In this document: piece after piece, positions 22,810 to 39,000 of the stretch
Position numbering within the stretch: position 1 is the first letter of the stretch
Layout of the letters: each line of letters opens with the position of its first letter
NCBI GenBank assembly: GCA_964016885.1
Contig: OZ024741.1
Location: 25,978,001 to 26,042,000 of the forward strand
DNA: 64,000 bases
Reading direction: 5' to 3'
Source of the DNA: Eledone cirrhosa
Taxonomy: Eukaryota
Program-made: the position numbers and the translations under genes
Notes under the pieces: generated by a model
The model's database searches: none
Seen by the model: the letters and a program-made list of their open reading frames with translations, nothing else
What the model was told of the DNA's origin: nothing

Positions 22810-23205
22810 CAACTGCATTGTTTGCTTTTCCATGCTTGCATGGGTTGGATGGGTCTTTTCCAGCACAGCTTCCCTTCACTTGTTCTGTCATCATCATCTC
22901 TCTCAGGCTCACCATTTTCAGATCCTCTTTCACCTCTACCCAAATATTTGTGGTCTTCCTCTACTGCAAATCCCTTCCACTAGAAACTCATGGCACTTAT
23001 TTACCAAAAGATCACCATCATCCATACACATCAATGAGCATTCCACCACTTCAGAATTATATTAATGGTCCACATGTCTAAAACTCAGCTACATTTACCA
23101 TTGTGAACGTGTTGCCTTGCCTCAAAGTGTTCCATTGACCCTTATGATGTACACCCAATTGTCGCACTTCATGGTGAATTGATGGTTGTTTGCGGTTTTG
23201 CTCCC
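22810..23205 (-). mobile_element. Decayed RTE-clade LINE 3' fragment
   Basis: The minus-strand translation includes VEGICSRGRP...EVKEDLK, resembling the RTE ORF end. It is followed by the CCCATGCAAGCATGGAAAAGC tail shared with the short repeats. Confidence 0.55.
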
Positions 23206-23210
23206 TCCAC

Positions 23211-23618
23211 TTTTTTTCTTTTTTCTTTTTTCTTTTTTCTTTTTTCTTTTTTCTTTTTTCTTTTTTCTTTTTTCTTTTTTCTTTTTTCTTTTTTCTTTTT
23301 TTTTTTTTCATTTTTCTTTTTTCTTTTTTTCTTTTCTTTTTTCTCTTTTTCTTTTTTCTTTGTTCTTTTTTTCTTTTTTCTTTTTTCTTTTTTCTTTTTT
23401 CTTTTTTCTTTTTTCTTTTTTCTTTTTTTCTTTTCTTTTTTCTTTTTTTCTTTTTTCTTTTTTCTTTTTTTTTCTTTTTCTTTTTTCTTTTTTCTTTTTT
23501 CTTTATTCTTTTTTCTTTTTTCTTTTTTCTTTTTTCTTTTTTCTTTTTTCTTTTTTCTTTTTTCCTTTTTTTTTTCTTTTTTACTTTTTTTCTATTTTCT
23601 TTTTTCTTTTTTCTCTTT
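23211..23618. repeat. (TTTTTTC)n polypyrimidine tract, about 400 bp
   Basis: Almost pure T/C sequence with 7-bp periodicity. Confidence 0.95.
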
Positions 23619-23845
23619 TATGCGTTTATATTTGTGTTTATCAACAACATTATATTTATAATGTTATTTAGCATTTATAATGTTATTTATGCAACTGTGA
23701 ATAACATTTTATTCAATGAGCATTCCATTGTTCAAATTATCGAACAACAGAATGTTCTTATGTTATTCTCAACAGGAAAGATCATCATCATCATCATCAT
23801 CATATTGACTTATAGTTCTTTCTCATTTCTACTCTTTTGTTCCAG

Positions 23846-23966
23846 CTGAACTTGGGGACTTTGATCCTGAGGTCCACACACCAGGTTTCATATCCGAATT
23901 TCGTTTTGTATCCAACCAGACTGAAGAAATGGAGATTGAGATTTATAAACAATACCAAAATGTTGG
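23846..23966 (+). CDS. EPB41L5: Internal coding exon (121 bp) of band 4.1-like protein 5/Yurt, FERM central lobe
   Basis: Acceptor CTCTTTTGTTCCAG and donor GG|GTAAAA. It translates as (S)ELGDFDPEVHTPGFISEFRFVSNQTEEMEIEIYKQYQNV(G), matching recalled EPB41L5 [34 protein letters not shown]. The split codon T+CT with the previous exon gives Ser in frame. Confidence 0.92.
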
Positions 23967-24017
23967 GTAAAAAATTTATATATTTTTTTCTTTCCATTAG
24001 TGTTCATGTTTCTTTAT

Positions 24018-27000
24018 TGTAATATGTAACAGACCTTAGCTACCATCATAACAAGACTTACCTTGTCTGTTATACACTGTAACATATTACAGACTTTAAC
24101 TACCGTCATGACAAGACTTACCTTGTCTGTTATACACTGTAACATATTACAGACCTTAACTACCATCATAACAAGACTTACCTTGTCTGTTATACACTGT
24201 AACATATTACAGACCTTAACTACCGTCATAACAGGACTTACCTTGTCTGTTATACACTAACATATTACAGAGCTTAACTACCGTCATAACGAGACTTACC
24301 TTGTCTGTTATACACTGTAACATATTACAGACCTTAACTACCGTCATAACGAGACTTACCTTGTCTGTTATACAGTGTAACATATTACAGACCTTAACTA
24401 GCATCATAACAAGACTTACCTTGTCTGTTATACACTGTAACATATTACAGAGCTTAACTACCGCCATAACGAGACATACCTTGTCTGTTATAAACTGTAA
24501 CATATTACAGACTTTAACTACCGTCATAACAGCACGTACCTTGTCTGTTATACACTGTAACATATTACAGACCTTAACTACCGTCATAACGAGACTTACC
24601 TTGTCTGTTATACACTGTAACATATTACAGAGCTTAACTACCGTCATAACGAGACTTACCTTGTCTATTATACACTGTAACAAATTACAGACCTTAACTA
24701 CCACCATAACGAGACTTACCTTGTCTGTTATACACTGTAACATATTACAGACCTTAACTACTGTCATAACGAGACTTACCTTGTCTGTTATACACTGTAA
24801 CATATTACAGACCTTAACTACCATCATAACGAGACCTACCTTGTCTGTTATACACTGTAACATATTACAGAGCTTAACTACCGTCATAACGAGACTTACC
24901 TTGTCTGTTATACACTGTAACATATTACAGACCTTAACTACCATCATAACGAGACCTACATTGTCTGTTATACACTGTAACATATTACAGACCTTAACTA
25001 CTGTCATAACGAGACTTACCTTGTCTGTTATACACTAACATATTACAGACCTTAACTACCGTCATAACGAGACTTACCTTGTCTGTTATACACTAACATA
25101 TTACAGACCTTAACTACTGTCATAACGAGACCTACCTTGTCTGTTATACACTAACATATTACAGACCTTAACTACCGTCATAACGAGACTTACCTTGTCT
25201 GTTATACACTGTAACATATTACTGACCTTAACTACTGTCATAAGGAGACTTACCTTGTCTGTTATACACTGTAACATATTACAGACCTTAACTACTGTCA
25301 TAACGAGACTTACCTTGTCTGTTATACACTGTAACATATTACTGACCTTAACTACTGTCATAAGGAGACTTACCTTGTCTGTTATACACTGTAACATATT
25401 ACAGACCTTAACTACTGTCATAACGAGACTTACCTTGTCTGTTATACACTGTAACATATTACAGACCTTAACTACCGTCCTGAGGAGACTTACCTTGTCT
25501 GTTATACACTGTAACATATTACAGACCTTAACTACCGTCATCTTACCTTGTCTGTTATACACTGTAACATATTACAGACCTTAACTACTGTCATAACGAG
25601 ACTTACCTTGTCTGTTATGCACTGTAACATATTACAGACCTTAACTACTGTCATAACAAGACTTTCCTTGTCTGTTATACACTGTAACATATTACAGACC
25701 TTAACTACTGTTATAACGAGACTTACCTTGTCTGTTATACACTGTAACATATTACAGACTTTAACTACCGTCTTAAGGGGACTTACCTTGTCTGTTATAC
25801 AACGTAACGTATTACAGACCTTAACTACCGTCATAACGAGACTTACCTTGTCTGTTATACACTGTAACATATTACAGACCTTAACTACTGTTATAACAAG
25901 ACTTACCTTGTCTGTTATACATTGTAACATATTACAGACTTTAACTACCGTCATGACAAGAATTACCTTGTCTGTTATACACTGTAACATATTACAGACC
26001 TTAACTATCGCCATAACAAGACTTATCTTATCTGTTATACACTGTAACATATTACAGACTTTAACTACCGTCATAACGAGACTTACCTTGTCTGTTATAC
26101 ACTGTAACATATTACAGACCTTAACTACTGTTATAACAAGACTTACCGTGTCTGTTATACACTGTAACATATTACAGACTTTAACTACCGTCTTAAGGAG
26201 ACTTACCTTGTCTGTTATACACTGTAACATATTACAGACCTTAACTACCGTCATAACGAGACTTACCTTGTCTGTTATACACTGTAACATATTACAGACC
26301 TTAACTATCGCCATAACAGGACTTATCTTGTCTGTTATACACTGTAACATATTACAGACTTTAACTACCGTCATAACGAGACTTACCTTGTCTGTTATAC
26401 ACTGTAACATATTACAGACTTTAACTACTGTCATAACGAGACTTACCTTGTCTGTTATAAACTGTAACATATTACAGACCTTAAGTACCATCATAACAAG
26501 ACTTACCTTGTCTGTTATACACTGTAACATATTACAGACCTTAACTACTGTCATAACGAGACTTACCTTGTCTGTTATACACTGTAACATATTACAGACC
26601 TTAACTACTGTCATAAGGAGACTTACCTTGTCTGTTATACACTGTAACATATTACAGACTTTAACTACTGTCATAAGGAGACTTACCTTGTCTGTTATAC
26701 ACTGTAACATATTACAGACCTTAACTACTGTCATAAGGAGACTTACCTTGTCTGTTATACACTGTAACATATTACAGACCTTAACTACTGTCATAAGGAG
26801 ACTTACCTTGTCTGTTATACACTGTAACATATTACAGACCTGAACTACTGTCATAACGAGACTTACCTTGTCTGTTATACACTAACATATTACAGACCTT
26901 AACTACCGTCATAACGAGACGTACCTTGTCTGTTATACACTAACATATTACAGACCTTAACTACCGTCATAACGAGACTTACCTTGTCTGTTATACACTG

Positions 27001-30000
27001 TAACATATTACAGACCTTAACTACTGTTATAACGAGACTTACCTTGTCTGTTATACACTGTAACATATTACAGACCTTAACTACCGTCCTAAGGAGACTT
27101 ACCTTGTCTGTTATACACTGTAACATATTACAGACCTTAACTACCGTCATAACGAGACTTACCTTGTCTATTATACACTGTAATATATTACAGACCTTAA
27201 CTACCATCATAACGAGACTTACCTTGTCTGCTATACACTGTAACATATTACAAACCTTAACTACCGTCATAACGAGACTTACCTTGTCTGTTATACACTG
27301 TAACATATTACAGACCTTAACTACTGTCATATCGAGACTTACCTTGTCTGTTATACACTGTAACATATTACAGACCTTAACTACTGTTATAACGAGACTT
27401 ACCTTGTCTGTTATACACTGTAACATATTACAGACCTTAACTACCGTCCTAAGGAGACTTACCTTGTCTGTTATACACTGTAACATATTACAGACCTTAA
27501 CTACCGTCATAACGAGACTTACCTTGTCTGTTATACACTAACATATTACAGACCTTAACTACCGTCATAACGAGACTTACCTTGTCTGTTATACACTAAC
27601 ATATTACAGACCTTAACTACCGTCATAACGAGACTTACCTTGTCTGTTATACACTAACATATTACAGACCTTAACTACCGTCATAACGAGACTTACCTTG
27701 TCTGTTATACACTGTAACATGTTACAGACCTTAACTACCGTCATAACGAGACTTACCTTGTCTGTTATACACTGTAACATATTACAGACCTTAACTACCA
27801 TCATAACGAGACTTACCTTGTCTGTTATACACTGTAACATATTACAAACCTTAACTACCGTCATAACGAGACTTACCTTGTCTGTTATACACTGTAACAT
27901 ATTACAGACCTTAACTACTGTCATAACGAGATTTACCTTGTCTGTTATACACTGTAACATATTACAGACCTTAACTACTGTCATAACGAGACTTACCTTG
28001 TCTGTTATACACTGTAACATATTACTGACCTTAACTACTGTCATAAGGAGACTTACCTTGTCTGTTATACACTGTAACATATTACAGACCTTAACTACTG
28101 TCATAACGAGACTTACCTTGTCTGTTATACACTGTAACATATTACAGACCTTAACTACTGTCATAACGAGACTTACCTTGTCTGTTATACACTGTAACAT
28201 ATTACAGACTTTAACTACTGTCATAACGAGACTTTCCTTTTCTGTTATACACTGTAACAAATTACAGCCCTTAACTACTGTCATAACGAGACTTACCTTG
28301 TCTGTTATACACTGTAACATATTACAGACCTTAACTACTGTTATAACGAGACTTACCTTGTCTGTTATACACTGTAACATATTACTGACCTTAACTACTG
28401 TCATAACGAGACTTACCTTGTCTGTTATACACTGTAACATATTACTGACCTTAACTACTGTCATAAGGAGACTTACCTTGTCTGTTATACACTGTAACAT
28501 ATTACAGACCTTAACTACTGTCATAACGAGACTTACCTTGTCTGTTATACACTGTAACATATTACAGACCTTAACTACTGTCATAACGAGACTTACCTTG
28601 TCTGTTATACACTGTAACATATTACAGACTTTAACTACTGTCATAACGAGACTTTCCTTTTCTGTTATACACTGTAACAAATTACAGCCCTTAACTACTG
28701 TCATAACGAGACTTACCTTGTCTGTTATACACTGTAACATATTACAGACCTTAACTACTGTTATAACGAGACTTACCTTGTCTGTTATACACTGTAACAT
28801 ATTACAGACCTTAACTACTGTCATAACGAGACTTACCTTGTCTGTTATACACTGTAACATATTACAGACCTTAACTACTGTCATAAGGAGACTTACCTTG
28901 TCTGTTATACACTGTAACATATTACAGACCTGAACTACTGTCATAACGAGACTTACCTTGTCTGTTATACACTAACATATTACAGACCTTAACTACCGTC
29001 ATAACGAGACGTACCTTGTCTGTTATACACTAACATATTACAGACCTTAACTACCGTCATAACGAGACTTACCTTGTCTGTTATACACTGTAACATATTA
29101 CAGACCTTAACTACTGTTATAACGAGACTTACCTTGTCTGTTATACACTGTAACATATTACAGACTTTAACTACTGTCATAACGAGACTTTCCTTTTCTG
29201 TTATACACTGTAACAAATTACAGCCCTTAACTACTGTCATAACGAGACTTACCTTGTCTGTTATACACTGTAACATATTACAGACCTTAACTACTGTTAT
29301 AACGAGACTTACCTTGTCTGTTATACACTGTAACATATTACAGACCTTAACTACTGTCATAACGAGACTTACCTTGTCTGTTATACACTGTAACATATTA
29401 CAGACCTTAACTACTGTCATAAGGAGACTTACCTTGTCTGTTATACACTGTAACATATTACAGACCTGAACTACTGTCATAACGAGACTTACCTTGTCTG
29501 TTATACACTAACATATTACAGACCTTAACTACCGTCATAACGAGACGTACCTTGTCTGTTATACACTAACATATTACAGACCTTAACTACCGTCATAACG
29601 AGACTTACCTTGTCTGTTATACACTGTAACATATTACAGACCTTAACTACTGTTATAACGAGACTTACCTTGTCTGTTATACACTGTAACATATTACAGA
29701 CCTTAACTACCGTCCTAAGGAGACTTACCTTGTCTGTTATACACTGTAACATATTACAGACCTTAACTACCGTCATAACGAGACTTACCTTGTCTATTAT
29801 ACACTGTAATATATTACAGACCTTAACTACCATCATAACGAGACTTACCTTGTCTGCTATACACTGTAACATATTACAAACCTTAACTACCGTCATAACG
29901 AGACTTACCTTGTCTGTTATACACTGTAACATATTACAGACCTTAACTACTGTCATATCGAGACTTACCTTGTCTGTTATACACTGTAACATATTACAGA

Positions 30001-33000
30001 CCTTAACTACTGTTATAACGAGACTTACCTTGTCTGTTATACACTGTAACATATTACAGACCTTAACTACCGTCCTAAGGAGACTTACCTTGTCTGTTAT
30101 ACACTGTAACATATTACAGACCTTAACTACCGTCATAACGAGACTTACCTTGTCTGTTATACACTAACATATTACAGACCTTAACTACCGTCATAACGAG
30201 ACTTACCTTGTCTGTTATACACTAACATATTACAGACCTTAACTACCGTCATAACGAGACTTACCTTGTCTGTTATACACTAACATATTACAGACCTTAA
30301 CTACCGTCATAACGAGACTTACCTTGTCTGTTATACACTGTAACATGTTACAGACCTTAACTACCGTCATAACGAGACTTACCTTGTCTGTTATACACTG
30401 TAACATATTACAGACCTTAACTACCATCATAACGAGACTTACCTTGTCTGTTATACACTGTAACATATTACAAACCTTAACTACCGTCATAACGAGACTT
30501 ACCTTGTCTGTTATACACTGTAACATATTACAGACCTTAACTACTGTCATAACGAGATTTACCTTGTCTGTTATACACTGTAACATATTACAGACCTTAA
30601 CTACTGTCATAACGAGACTTACCTTGTCTGTTATACACTGTAACATATTACTGACCTTAACTACTGTCATAAGGAGACTTACCTTGTCTGTTATACACTG
30701 TAACATATTACAGACCTTAACTACTGTCATAACGAGACTTACCTTGTCTGTTATACACTGTAACATATTACAGACCTTAACTACTGTCATAACGAGACTT
30801 ACCTTGTCTGTTATACACTGTAACATATTACAGACTTTAACTACTGTCATAACGAGACTTTCCTTTTCTGTTATACACTGTAACAAATTACAGCCCTTAA
30901 CTACTGTCATAACGAGACTTACCTTGTCTGTTATACACTGTAACATATTACAGACCTTAACTACTGTTATAACGAGACTTACCTTGTCTGTTATACACTG
31001 TAACATATTACTGACCTTAACTACTGTCATAACGAGACTTACCTTGTCTGTTATACACTGTAACATATTACTGACCTTAACTACTGTCATAAGGAGACTT
31101 ACCTTGTCTGTTATACACTGTAACATATTACAGACCTTAACTACTGTCATAACGAGACTTACCTTGTCTGTTATACACTGTAACATATTACAGACCTTAA
31201 CTACTGTCATAACGAGACTTACCTTGTCTGTTATACACTGTAACATATTACAGACTTTAACTACTGTCATAACGAGACTTTCCTTTTCTGTTATACACTG
31301 TAACAAATTACAGCCCTTAACTACTGTCATAACGAGACTTACCTTGTCTGTTATACACTGTAACATATTACAGACCTTAACTACTGTTATAACGAGACTT
31401 ACCTTGTCTGTTATACACTGTAACATATTACAGACCTTAACTACTGTCATAACGAGACTTACCTTGTCTGTTATACACTGTAACATATTACTGACCTTAA
31501 CTACTGTCATAAGGAGACTTACCTTGTCTGTTATACACTGTAACATATTACAGACCTTAACTACTGTCATAACGAGACTTACCTTGTCTGTTATACACTG
31601 TAACATATTACAGACCTTAACTACTGTCATAACGAGACTTACCTTGTCTGTTATACACTGTAACATATTACAGACTTTAACTACTGTCATAACGAGACTT
31701 TCCTTTTCTGTTATACACTGTAACAAATTACAGCCCTTAACTACTGTCATAACGAGACTTACCTTGTCTGTTATACACTGTAACATATTACAGACCTTAA
31801 CTACTGTCATAACGAGACTTACCTTGTCTGTTATACACTGTAACATATTACAGACCTTAACTACTGTCATAACGAGACTTACCTTGTCTGTTATACACTG
31901 TAACATATTACTGACCTTAACTACTGTCATAAGGAGACTTACCTTGTCTGTTATACACTGTAACATATTACAAACCTTAACTACCGTCATAACGAGACTT
32001 ACCTTGTCTGTTATACACTGTAACATATTACAGACCTTAACTACTGTCATAACGAGACTTACCTTGTCTGTTATACACTGTAACATATTACAGACCTTAA
32101 CTACTGTCATAACGAGACTTACCTTGTCTGTTATACACTGTAACATATTACTGACCTTAACTACTGTCATAAGGAGACTTACCTTGTCTGTTATACACTG
32201 TAACATATTACACACCTTAACTACTGTCATAACGAGACTTACCTTGTCTGTTATACACTGTAACATATTACAGACCTTAACTACTGTCATAACGAGACTT
32301 ACCTTGTCTGTTATACACTGTAACATATTACAGACTTTAACTACTGTCATAACGAGACTTTCCTTTTCTGTTATACACTGTAACAAATTACAGCCCTTAA
32401 CTACTGTCATAACGAGACTTACCTTGTCTGTTATACACTGTAACATATTACAGACCTTAACTACTGTTATAACGAGACTTACCTTGTCTGTTATACACTG
32501 TAACATATTACTGACCTTAACTACTGTCATAAGGAGACTTACCTTGTCTGTTATACAATGTAACATATTACAGACCTTAACTACTGTCATAACGAGACTT
32601 ACCTTGTCTGTTATACACTGTAACATATTACAGACCTTAACTACCGTCCTAAGGAGACTTACCTTGTCTGTTATACACTGTAACATATTACAGACTTTAA
32701 CTACCGTCATAACGAGATTTACCTTGTCTATTATACACTGTAATATATTACAGACCTTAACTACTGTCATAACGAGACTTACCTTGTCTGTTATACACTG
32801 TAACATATTACAGACCTTAACTACTGTTATAACAAGACTTACCTTGTCTGTTATACACTGTAACATATTACAGACTTTAACTACCGTCTTAAGGAGACTT
32901 ACCTTGTCTGTTATACACTGTAACATATTACAGACCTTAACTACCGTCATAACGAGACTTACCTTGTCTGTTATACACTGTAACATATTACAGACCTTAA

Positions 33001-36000
33001 CTACTGTTATAACAAGACTTACCTTGTCTGTTATACACTGTAACATATTACAGACTTTAACTACCGTCATGATAAGAATTACCTTGTCTGTTATACACTG
33101 TAACATATTACAGACCTTAACCATCGCCATAACAAGACTTACCTTGTCTGTTATACACTGTAACATATTACAGACTTTAACTACTGTCATAACGAGACTT
33201 ACCTTGTCTGTTATAAACTGTAACATATTACAGACCTTAACTACCATCATAAAAGACTTACCTTGTCTATTATACACTGTAACATATTACAGACCTTAAC
33301 TACTGTCATAACGAGACTTACCTTGTCTGTTATACACTGTAACATATTACAGACCTTAACTACTGTCATAAGGAGACTTACCTTGTCTGTTATACACTGT
33401 AACATATTACTGACCTTAACTACCATCATAACGAGACTTACCTTGTCTGTTATACACTGTATCATATTACAAACCTTAACAACCGTCATAACGAGACTTA
33501 CCTTGTCTGTTATACACTGTAACATATTACAGACCTTAACTACTGTCATAACGAGACTTACCTTGTCTGTTATACAATGTAACATATTACAGACCTTAAC
33601 TACTGTTATAACGAGACTTACCTTGTCTGTTATACACTGTAACATATTACAGACCTTAACTACCGTCCTAAGGAGACTTACCTTGTCTTTTATACACTAA
33701 TATATTACAGACCTTAACTACCGTCATAACGAGACTTACCTTGTCTGTTATACACTAACATATTACAGACCTTAACTACCGTCATAACGAGACTTACCTT
33801 GTCTGTTATACACTAACATATTACAGACCTTAACTACCGTCATAACGAGACTTACCTTCTCTGTTATACACTGTAACATATTACAGACCTTAACTACTGT
33901 TATAACGAGACTTACCTTCTCTCTTATACACTGTAACATATTACAGACCTTAACTACCGTCCTAAGGAGACTTACCTTGTCTGTTATACACTGTAACATA
34001 TTACAGACCTTAACTACCGTCCTAAGGAGACTTACCTTGTCTGTTATACACTGTAACATATTACAGACCTTAACTACCGTCATAACGAGACTTACCTTGT
34101 CTGTTATACACTGTAACATATTACAGACCTTAACTACCATCATAACGAGACTTACCTTGTCTGTTATACACTGTAACATATTACAAACATTAACTACCGT
34201 CATAAGGAAACTTACCTTGTCTGTTATACACTGTAACATATTACAGACCTTAACTACTGTCATAACGAGACTTACCTTGTCTGTTATACACTGTAACATA
34301 TTACAGACCTTAACTACCGTCCTGAGGAGACTTACCTTGTCTGTTATACACTGTAACATATTACTGACCTTAACTACTGTCATAAGGAGACTTACCTTGT
34401 CTGTTATACACTGTAACATATTACAGACCTTAACTACTGTCATAACGAGACCTACCTTGTCTGTTATACACTGTAACAAATTACAGACCTTAACTATTGT
34501 CATAACGAGACTTACCTTGTCTGTTATACACTGTAACATATTACAGACCTTAACTACTGTTATAACGAGACTTACCTTGTCTGTTATACATTGTAACATA
34601 TTACAGACCTTAACTACCGTCCTAAGGAGACTTACCTTGTCTGTTATACACTGTAACATATTACAGACCTTAACTACCGTCCTAAGGAGACTTACCTTGT
34701 CTGTTATACACTGTAACATATTACAGACCTTAACTACCATCATAACGAGACTTACCTTGTCTGTTATACACTGTAACATATTACAAACCTTAACTACCGT
34801 CATAACGAGACTTACCTTGTCTGTTATACACTGTAACATATTACAGACCTTAACTACTGTTATAACGAGACTTACCTTGTCTGTTATACACTGTAACATA
34901 TTACAGACCTTAACTACCGTCCTAAGGAGACTTACCTTGTCTGTTATACACTGTAACATATTACAGACCTTAACTACCGTCATAACGAGACTTACCTTGT
35001 CTGTTATACACTAACATATTACAGACCTTAACTACCGTCATAACGAGACTTACATTGTCTGTTATACACTAACATATTACAGACCTTAACTACCGTCATA
35101 ACGAGACTTACCTTGTCTGTTATACACTAACATATTACAGACCTTAACTACCGTCATAACGAGACTTCCTTGTCTGTTATACACTGTAACATATTACAGA
35201 CCTTAACTACTGTTATAACGAGACTTACCTTGTCTGTTATACACTGTAACATATTACAGACCTTAACTACCGTCATAACGAGACTTACCTTGTCTGTTAT
35301 ACACTGTAACATATTACAGACCTTAACTACCGTCCTAAGGAGACTTACCTTGTCTGTTATACACTGTAACATATTACAGACCTTAACTATCGCCATAACA
35401 GGACTTATCTTGTCTGTTATACACTGTAACATATTACAGACTTTAACTACCGTCATAACGAGACTTACCTTGTCTGTTATACACTGTAACATATTACAGA
35501 CTTTAACTACTGTCATAACGAGACTTACCTTGTCTGTTATAAACTGTAACATATTACAGACCTTAACTACCATCATAACAAGACTTACCTTGTCTGTTAT
35601 ACACTGTAACATATTACAGACCTTAACTACTGTCATAACGAGACTTACCTTGTCTGTTATACACTGTAACATATTACAGACCTTAACTGCTGTCATAAGG
35701 AGACTTACCTTGTCTGTTATACACTGTAACATATTACAGACCTTAACTACTGTTATAACGAGACTTACCTTGTCTGTTATACACTGTAACATATTACAGA
35801 CCTTAACTACCGTCCTAAGGAGACTTACCTTGTCTGTTATACACTGTAACATATTACAGACCTTAACTACCGTCATAACGAGACTTACCTTGTCTATTAT
35901 ACACTGTAATATATTACAGACCTTAACTACCATCATAACGAGACTTACCTTGTCTGCTATACACTGTAACATATTACAAACCTTAACTACCGTCATAACG

Positions 36001-39000
36001 AGACTTACCTTGTCTGTTATACACTGTAACATATTACAGACCTTAACTACTGTCATATCGAGACTTACCTTGTCTGTTATACACTGTAACATATTACAGA
36101 CCTTAACTACTGTTATAACGAGACTTACCTTGTCTGTTATACACTGTAACATATTACAGACCTTAACTACCGTCATAACGAGACTTACCTTGTCTGTTAT
36201 ACACTAACATATTACAGACCTTAACTACCGTCATAACGAGACTTACCTTGTCTGTTATACACTAACATATTACAGACCTTAACTACCGTCATAACGAGAC
36301 TTACCTTGTCTGTTATACACTAACATATTACAGACCTTAACTACCGTCATAACGAGACTTACCTTGTCTGTTATACACTGTAACATGTTACAGACCTTAA
36401 CTACCGTCATAACGAGACTTACCTTGTCTGTTATACACTGTAACATATTACAGACCTTAACTACCATCATAACGAGACTTACCTTGTCTGTTATACACTG
36501 TAACATATTACAAACCTTAACTACCGTCATAACGAGACTTACCTTGTCTGTTATACACTGTAACATATTACAGACCTTAACTACTGTCATAACGAGATTT
36601 ACGTTGTCTGTTATACACTGTAACATATTACAGACCTTAACTACTGTCATAACGAGACTTACCTTGTCTGTTATACACTGTAACATATTACTGACCTTAA
36701 CTACTGTCATAAGGAGACTTACCTTGTCTGTTATACACTGTAACATATTACAGACCTTAACTACTGTCATAACGAGACTTACCTTGTCTGTTATACACTG
36801 TAACATATTACAGACCTTAACTACTGTCATAACGAGACTTACCTTGTCTGTTATACACTGTAACATATTACAGACCTTAACTACTGTCATAACGAGACTT
36901 TCCTTGTCTGTTATACACTGTAACAAATTACAGCCCTTAACTACTGTCATAACGAGACTTACCTTGTCTGTTATACACTGTAACATATTACAGACCTTAA
37001 CTACTGTTATAACGAGGCTTACCTTGTCTGTTATACACTGTAACATATTACTGACCTTAACTACTGTCATAAGGAGACTTACCTTGTCTGTTATACAATG
37101 TAACATATTACAGACCTTAACTACTGTCATAACGAGACTTACCTTGTCTGTTATACACTGTAACATATTACAGACCTTAACTACCGTCCTAAGGAGACTT
37201 ACCTTGTCTGTTATACACTGTAACATATTACAGACTTTAACTACCGTCATAACGAGATTTACCTTGTCTATTATACACTGTAATATATTACAGACCTTAA
37301 CTACTGTCATAACGAGACTTACCTTGTCTGTTATACACTGTAACATATTACAGACCTTAACTACTGTTATAACAAGACTTACCTTGTCTGTTATACACTG
37401 TAACATATTACAGACTTTAACTACCGTCTTAAGGAGACTTACCTTGTCTGTTATACACTGTAACATATTACAGACCTTAACTACCCTCATAACGAGACTT
37501 ACCTTGTCTGTTATACACTGTAACATATTACAGACCTTAACTACTGTTATAACAAGACTTACCTTGTCTGTTATACACTGTAACATATTACAGACTTTAA
37601 CTACCGTCATGAAAAGACGTACCTTGTCTGTTATACACTGTAACATATTACAGTCCTTTACTACCGTCCTAAGGAGACTTACCTTGTCTGTTATACACTG
37701 TAACATATTACAGACCTTAACTACCATCATAACAAGACTTACCTTGTCTATTATACACTGTAACATATTACAGACCTTAACTATTGTCATAACGAGACTT
37801 ACCTTGTCTGTTATACACTGTAACATATTACAGACCTTAACTACTGTTATAACAAGACTTACCTTGTCTGTTATACACTGTAACATATTACAGACTTTAA
37901 CTACCGTCTTAAGGAGACTTACCTTGTCTGTTATACACTGTAACATATTACAGACCTTAACTACCCTCATAACGAGACTTACCTTGTCTGTTATACACTG
38001 TAACATATTACAGACTTTAACTACCGTCATAACGAGACTTACCTTGTCTGTTATTCACTGTAACATATTACAGACCTTAACTGCCATCATAACAAGACTT
38101 ACCTTGTCTATTATACACTGTAACATATTACAGACCTTAACTACTGTCATAACGAGACTTACCTTGTCTGTTATACACTGTAACATATTACAGTCCTTAA
38201 CTACTGTCATAAGGAGAGTTACCTTGTCTGTTATACACTGTAACATATTACAGACCTTAACTACTGTCATAAGGAGACTTACCTTGTCTGTTATACACTG
38301 TAACATATTACTGACCTTAACTACCATCATAACGAGACTTACCTTGTCTGTTATACACTGTATCATATTACAAACCTTAACAACCGTCATAACGAGACTT
38401 ACCTTGTCTGTTATACACTGTAACATATTACAGACCTTAACTACTGTCATAACGAGACTTACCTTGTCTGTTATACAATGTAACATATTACAGACCTTAA
38501 CTACTGTTATAACGAGACTTACCTTGTCTGTTATACACTGTAACATATTACAGACCTTAACTACCGTCCTAAGGAGACTTACCTTGTCTTTTATACACTA
38601 ATATATTACAGACCTTAACTACCGTCATAACGAGACTTACCTTGTCTGTTATACACTAACATATTACAGACCTTAACTACCGTCATAACGAGACTTACCT
38701 TGTCTGTTATACACTAACATATTACAGACCTTAACTACCGTCATAACGAGACTTACCTTCTCTGTTATACACTGTAACATATTACAGACCTTAACTACTG
38801 TTATAACGAGACTTACCTTCTCTCTTATACACTGTAACATATTACAGACCTTAACTACCGTCCTAAGGAGACTTACCTTGTCTGTTATACACTGTAACAT
38901 ATTACAGACCTTAACTACCGTCCTAAGGAGACTTACCTTGTCTGTTATACACTGTAACATATTACAGACCTTAACTACCGTCATAACGAGACTTACCTTG

